A DNA stretch of 16,053 nucleotides from Tubiluchus corallicola (Eukaryota > Animalia > Priapulida). Under the pieces are notes generated by a model, which worked only from the letters and a program-made list of their open reading frames with translations, was not told the origin of the DNA and ran no database searches. Position 1 is the stretch's first letter. Each line of letters begins with the position of its first letter. Shown here one piece after another: positions 10,964 through 16,053 of this stretch. The stretch lies in assembly GCA_030141605.1 (NCBI GenBank), contig JAQGDQ010002067.1, positions 1 through 16,053 on the forward strand, written 5' to 3'. The translations under genes were made by a program, and so were the position numbers.

Positions 10964-12567
10964 TCACATAAACAACAAATTTGTAAAAGAACACCTTCAT
11001 ACGCCATAAAGATAGAAAAAAAATGAAAATAGGAGAATTTGAAAAATAAGTTACAGCTATACGCACAGATAAGTGTTAAGTAAAAACAAAATACCAAACA
11101 AGAGAACAGTCTGACATGAGTGAAGGTTTATTTCACGTTTTATCAACAATAAATATTGTGATATATACATAAAATCTATGTATATGTATGTAGAATATAG
11201 TTTTTCTATATTACGCGTAAATAATTTTTAATTACGTGAACACTGATTCATGCTTATAAATGTGAACACTAGACGGAGCCACAGGCTGACTAGCTACTAA
11301 CTAGGCCCAGTTGAATATAATGTTGCTTATCTAATGAGCTTATTAGTGCACAACGTTAATAACAACAAACTACGTCAAAGAACTAACAACAACAACTGAC
11401 AACAATTACAAATTTTGCGTAATATTAATATGATTAGAGAAATTTTGATTCCGACTTCAGCTAAATTGCATTGCTATTACTGAAGCAGCTAAACAATGAC
11501 TTTTAGTACCATTAACAATGATTAGATTACTTAGGCTACACAAAATTTCAACTTTCAATCGTAATTTGCATTTATCATAGATTCGATTAATACATTATCG
11601 ATTATAATCGTAACTGTGACACGATAGACTATGAAATTTTTATAACAATAGAGATTCTTAAAGTTTTACAACACGAAAGAGCAATTTCTCAAAACTGGTG
11701 CATTAGGAGTAACAGCAGCCATGATTTTCTGAAAAAATGCACGATAGTATCAACTGCTAATACAAAATTAAACACTTATTTTAGCAATATTAATCAACAT
11801 TCTCATTTTACCTGACGGCATTGCAGTGTAATCTTCAAGCTTACAATTCAAACTTGCTTACTGAACAAAGTAAAGTTTCGCCAACGCGGTTAATAAATTT
11901 AAATCATAGTCAAGCGCCCGGGGACGCGACACGATCGACGTTCTTGTCAGATGTGGCGCCATCTTTTGCAGAGTCACAAAAATATACATAGTAGTATATC
12001 ACCTCGTATAAAAATATAATAATAAATTTCAAAAGAAAAGTTCTAGTTTAATTTTTTAACGCCTAACGCCTGTTCCAAACTGTGACGCTAAACCAAAACG
12101 TTCTCCGCTTTGCGTAGTTAAGAGAAATACAAACTCTGTCTAAGAGAAATTTAAACTACGTAACTGTGTTGGCATTTTTTTTACAAATAATTTCAGACAT
12201 CCTTGTTTGTACTTACAGTCCCTGTACTAAGAGCAGAAAAAACTGCTAATTTTAGTCCATTGCCACAAGAAAATGCTGAATAAAAGTATGTAAAAGTCAG
12301 ACATTTAGAGCTTAGACATCAGATTCGTAATTTCATATCAACGAAAATATAGATATCGAAAAAAGATAAATAACACAACGTAAATATAACATTTAACAGA
12401 AAAATAAAAGAAGATCACAACACTGGGAAGTTTGCAGATGTGTTTACACAAAAGTGTTTTTAATTACAAAAAGTAAATGCACACAGAGTAAACACAAGTA
12501 AATAGATAGGTAAACAACAACAAAGTTTTAAAAGGTACTTCAAGGAAGAAGCCAAACGACTTGAGTC

Positions 12568-13133
12568 TGTACAACTGTAATGAAGCCACACAATGTTGTA
12601 CAACTATAATGAAGCCACACAATGTTGTACATCCGTAATGAAGCCACACAATGTTGTACAACTGTAATGAAGCCACACAATGTTGTACAACTGTAATGAA
12701 GCCACACAATGTTGTACAACTGTAATGAAGCCACACAATGTTGTACATCCCTAATGAAGCCACACAATGTTGTACCTAATGAAGCCACACAATGTTGTAC
12801 AACTGTAATGAAGCCATGCACTTTTTTAACAACTGTAATGAAGCCATGTAGTTTTTACAACCGTAATGAAGCCATGAAATGTTGTTGTAATGAAGCCACA
12901 CAATGTTGTACATCTGTAATGAAGCCACACAATGTTGTACATTGTAATGAAGTGTTGTTTTTGGTTGTTGTGTTGGTGTTGTTGTTGGTGTTGTTGTTGG
13001 TGTTGTTGTTGGTGTTGTTGTTGGTTGTTGTTTTGGTGTTGTTGTTGGTTGTTGTTTTGGTGTTGTTGTAATGAAGCCACACTATGTTGTACAACTGTAA
13101 TGAAGCCACACAATGTTGTACAAATGTAATGAA
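12568..13133. repeat. 29-bp minisatellite (TGTAATGAAGCCACACAATGTTGTACAAC), ~15 units, interrupted by a microsatellite
   Basis: Regular units at 12576, 12605, 12634, 12663, 12692 and 12721; diverged units ~12810-12885; array resumes at ~13067. Confidence 0.96.
12952..13066. repeat. Imperfect (GTT)n/(TTGGTG) microsatellite embedded in the 29-bp array
   Basis: ttggtgttgttgttggtgttgttg..., a tract made only of G and T. Confidence 0.95.
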
Positions 13134-13771
13134 CTTTAGAGTCAGGCACAAGGCATGAAATTTATCACCAATTTTACCTATATAAAACTTTTCTATTCTA
13201 AGAGATTCAAATAAGGTGAGAAAAATTATGTCCCCACTGAGCTACCCAAGCTAAATTCAAAATCAAACTTTTTGCAGGTCAAGTTACTAATAACGTAGTT
13301 GGCAAGTAACTTATTAGTAAACAATCTTCATGCTTTTTCTAAGCACAAATGCAGGAAAAACAGGATTTACAGGAAAGAAATTCAGGTGGAGCACACTAAC
13401 AGGTTATGGTTGCACTATTTCCAAGTTTACTAAACACTAAATTCCTTAGTTATCGGTTAGATTCCGTTTCTTAATCCTTTTTGTGCACAGGTGGCGCCAT
13501 TGGTCTTATAACTACTAACACACCTACTACAGTTTGCTATGCTCTTTCAGTACTAATTTTGCTCAGTGAAAACAATTATTACTTTAAATTATTCAGGTTT
13601 GCACAAAGTTTTTGAATAATCACAGAGATTTACTAACGATGTTTTACAGACGGACACGGTCTCGCAATACTGTATGAGCATGCAACATGGAATGTTCTGC
13701 TTTATCAATAGTAAAACATAATAGAACATGGAATGTCTTCGTTTAAATGGGAAAATGGAATGCGAATTGAA

Positions 13772-14009
13772 GTCGTGTTAACTTAATCACTCGAAGGAAA
13801 TCTGAGTACTCCAGAGAACTGGTCACGTTAACTCAATCACTCGAGGGAAATCTGAGTACTCCAGAGAACTGGTCACGTTGACTCAATCACTCGAGGGAAA
13901 TCTGAGTACTCCAGAGAACAGGTCACGTTAACTTAATCACTCGAGGGAAATCTGAGTACTCCAGAGAACAGGTCACGTTAACTCAATCACTCGAGGGAAA
14001 TCTGAGTAC
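13772..14009. repeat. 50-bp tandem repeat x4.7, ~0.5 kb downstream of the VAT1L stop (possible 3' UTR)
   Basis: ACT(C/T)AATCACTCGAGGGAAATCTGAGTACTCCAGAGAAC at 13781, 13831, 13881, 13931 and (partial) 13981. Confidence 0.97.
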
Positions 14010-14190
14010 AATCCACAGACTAGTGGCACAAGAATCATCTTAAAACTCGAGTCAAGTCAATTTAATTCCTAGGAACACTAATCCCTCTTTTTTTTTAAAA
14101 AATTAATGAAAATAAGCTTAAAAGCTTAAACTGGAAGGAATTCAAATGCCAAACAGAAACTAAACTTAAAAGAATCTTCAAAATGACACA

Positions 14191-14250
14191 GTGTGAACAG
14201 AGAATATTGCTAGTGTGAACAAAGAATTGCCAGTGTGAACAAAGAATTGC
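14191..14250. repeat. 20-22-bp tandem repeat x3 (AGTGTGAACAAAGAATTGC)
   Basis: Seen directly; lies in the probable 3' UTR. Confidence 0.85.
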
Positions 14251-14515
14251 GTGAAGTTTAATGTGTGAAATTGCTTAAACAGTTGAATATCTGATGCGGA
14301 ATGATTTCATGACACGGCATGATATGTGTTGATACAACAACTAAGACTGCAATAGCAGTAGATAAACTATACACACTATCATCTAGACTAACAACGTATA
14401 TAAATGTGCTTTATGCTACCGTGAATTTAGAACATGCAAAAACAACATCGAGAAAACAGCTTGTGACTTGTAAATGTCCACTTCAAATCTCGAGTCGATC
14501 GATGGAAGGGCTGCC

Positions 14516-14671
14516 TTATTCCTGAGCTGCGGTAGGAGAAGCACTCTCTTTGTTGCTGTCCGCCTCCGCGTCGGCTGCCGGTTTCTCTTTTGGTTTGGGG
14601 GTCTGAGTCGGATCTAAGATGATCTTGCCGATGTTCTTTCTGTCATGCATCTTCTGCATGGCTTCCTGTAC
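14516..14671 (-). CDS. VAT1L: Last coding exon of a synaptic vesicle membrane protein VAT-1 homolog-like gene (MDR/quinone oxidoreductase family)
   Basis: Minus strand ctctttcag|GTA CAG GAA... translates as VQEAMQKMHDRKNIGKIILDPTQTPKPKEKPAADAEADSNKESASPTAAQE*. This matches the VAT1/VAT1L C-terminal motif EAMxxxHDRxNIGKxIL. Canonical acceptor, phase 0, TAA at 14518-14516. Confidence 0.93.
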   Translation of the reverse strand, partial: VQEAMQKMHDRKNIGKIILDPTQTPKPKEKPAADAEADSNKESASPTAAQE

Positions 14672-15897
14672 CTGAAAGAGTCAGCACCACTTGTAAAACT
14701 GGAGAAATAAATTAACTTATTACTGCGGGCGATCAGCTTCTGAATGGATTTACTTTGGTACCAGTACACTTTTTGCATGGCTTCTTTCACCAGAAGCTAA
14801 CATGTAAACTTTACTAGGAGTAATCAGAAGACAGTATACTTTTTACATGGCTTCCTTCACTAGAAATTAACAGGTTAACTTCACCAGGTGTACCACTTCT
14901 GAATACCTTCTACTTGAAGACAGTACACTTTTTACATGGCTTCCTTCACTAGAAGCTAACAGGTCGACTTTACCAGGTGTAACTGGAAGCCTACCACTTA
15001 TGAATGCCTTCTACTTGAAGACAGTACACGTTTACACGGCTTCCTTCACTAGAAATTAACATGTTAACTTCACCAGGTGTACAACTTCTGAATACCTTCT
15101 ACTTGAAGACAGTACACTTCTTATACGGCTTCATTCACTAGAAATTAACAGGTTAACTTCACCAGGTGTACCACTTCTGAATACCTTCTACTTGAAGACA
15201 GTACACTTTATATGGCTTCATTCACTAGAAATTAACATGTTAACTTCACCAGGTGTACAACTTCTGAATACCTTCTACTTGAAGACAGTACACTTTGTAT
15301 ACGGCTTCATTCACCAGAAATTAACACGTTAACTTCACCTGGTGTACCACTTCTGAATACCTTTTACTTGAAGACAGTACACTTTTTATATGGCTTCATT
15401 CACTAGAAATTAACACATTAACTTCACCAGGTGTACCACTTGTGAATACCTTCTACTTGAGGACAGTACACGTTTACACGGCTTCTTTCACTAAAAGCTA
15501 ACAGGTCAACTTTACCAGATGTAATTGGAAGCCTACCACTTATGAATGCCTTCTACTTGAATACAGTACACTTTTTACATGGCTTCTTTCACTAAAAGTT
15601 AACTTTTATATGGCTTCTTCCACTAAAAGCTAACAGGAAAACTTTTACCAGATGTAATTGGAAGCCAACCACTTATGAATGCCTTCTACTTGAGGACAGT
15701 ACACATTTACACGGCTTCATTCCCCGGACAACAATTGGTGCTAACCTAACAGATGAAAATTGGAAGCCTACAACTTATGAATGCCTTCTACTTGAAGACA
15801 GTACACGTTTACACGGCTTCTTTCATCAGACAACAATTACTGCTACTACAAACCTAACACATGTAATTGGAAACCCGTACAACAATTACGAACTTAC
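14672..15897 (-). other. VAT1L: Phase-0 GT-AG intron (1226 nt) of the VAT1L-like gene
   Basis: Donor GAT|GTAAGT at 15897 and acceptor TTTCAG| at 14672. Splicing gives the continuous DSTWAYED-VQEAMQK. Confidence 0.92.
14762..15880. repeat. Intronic tandem array, ~12 units in two length classes (~88 and ~100 bp)
   Basis: GAAGACAGTACAC-like anchors at 14827, 14916, 15017, 15105, 15194, 15281, 15370, 15459, 15559, 15692 and 15794. Long units carry an extra AA(C/T)TGGAAGCCT-like segment. Confidence 0.95.
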
Positions 15898-16053
15898 ATC
15901 TTCATAAGCCCATGTAGAATCTATTTGAGGTCTGATCTTGTTGGCAGTATATAACTTGATGATTCGATCCACTATGGTCCGAACGTACGCGTGCTGGCCT
16001 TGACGGAAGAGGAGATTGCGTAGCTGTATTCCACCCACAACATGATTCTCATC
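15898..16053 (-). CDS. VAT1L: Penultimate coding exon (partial, continues beyond the window) of the VAT-1 homolog-like gene
   Basis: Translates as DENHVVGGIQLRNLLFRQGQHAYVRTIVDRIIKLYTANKIRPQIDSTWAYED, similar to VAT1L (ENK..AGF.L.NLLF.QG...KIKP..DS.WA.E). Ends at a GTAAGT donor. Confidence 0.93.

Noticed and set aside
9896-11069. ACAGCTATACGCAC repeated at 9896 and 11053 as a TSD or LTR pair
   Set aside because: Similarity does not extend beyond ~17 bp and the enclosed region is not one coherent element; left unexplained.
12464-13151. Six short overlapping ORFs including poly-Q/N and poly-C types
   Set aside because: Products of the 29-bp minisatellite and the GT-rich microsatellite.
14319-14525. 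68-aa plus-strand ORF
   Set aside because: Antisense to the VAT1L stop and 3' UTR, short and without recognisable motifs.

Overview
AT-rich eukaryotic (metazoan, probably invertebrate) genomic DNA, roughly 40% tandem repeat by my count. It is not prokaryotic and has no CRISPR array, rRNA or tRNA. The only clear host gene is the 3' end of a VAT-1-like (VAT1L, MDR/quinone-oxidoreductase family) gene on the minus strand: two coding exons (16053-15898 and 14671-14516) joined by a GT-AG intron. The ORF track missed both exons. The rest is transposon debris and at least ten unrelated tandem arrays. The debris comprises a CR1-type LINE PHD+endonuclease fragment, a reverse-oriented LINE 3' end, an internally deleted RTE, a pogo/Tc1-like MITE and a second small MITE. 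Most ORFs in the track are by-products of these repeats. The most interesting observations are (1) an intronic array whose unit looks like a copy of the VAT1L final acceptor and exon start, with potential stop-introducing decoy acceptors; (2) an 84-bp array amplified inside a TA-flanked MITE and built partly from TIR-like motifs; (3) a 1.4-kb compound triplet repeat that reads as Thr/Ala with a recurring AADAAAPAS motif. I cannot support a wholly new biological system from sequence alone.
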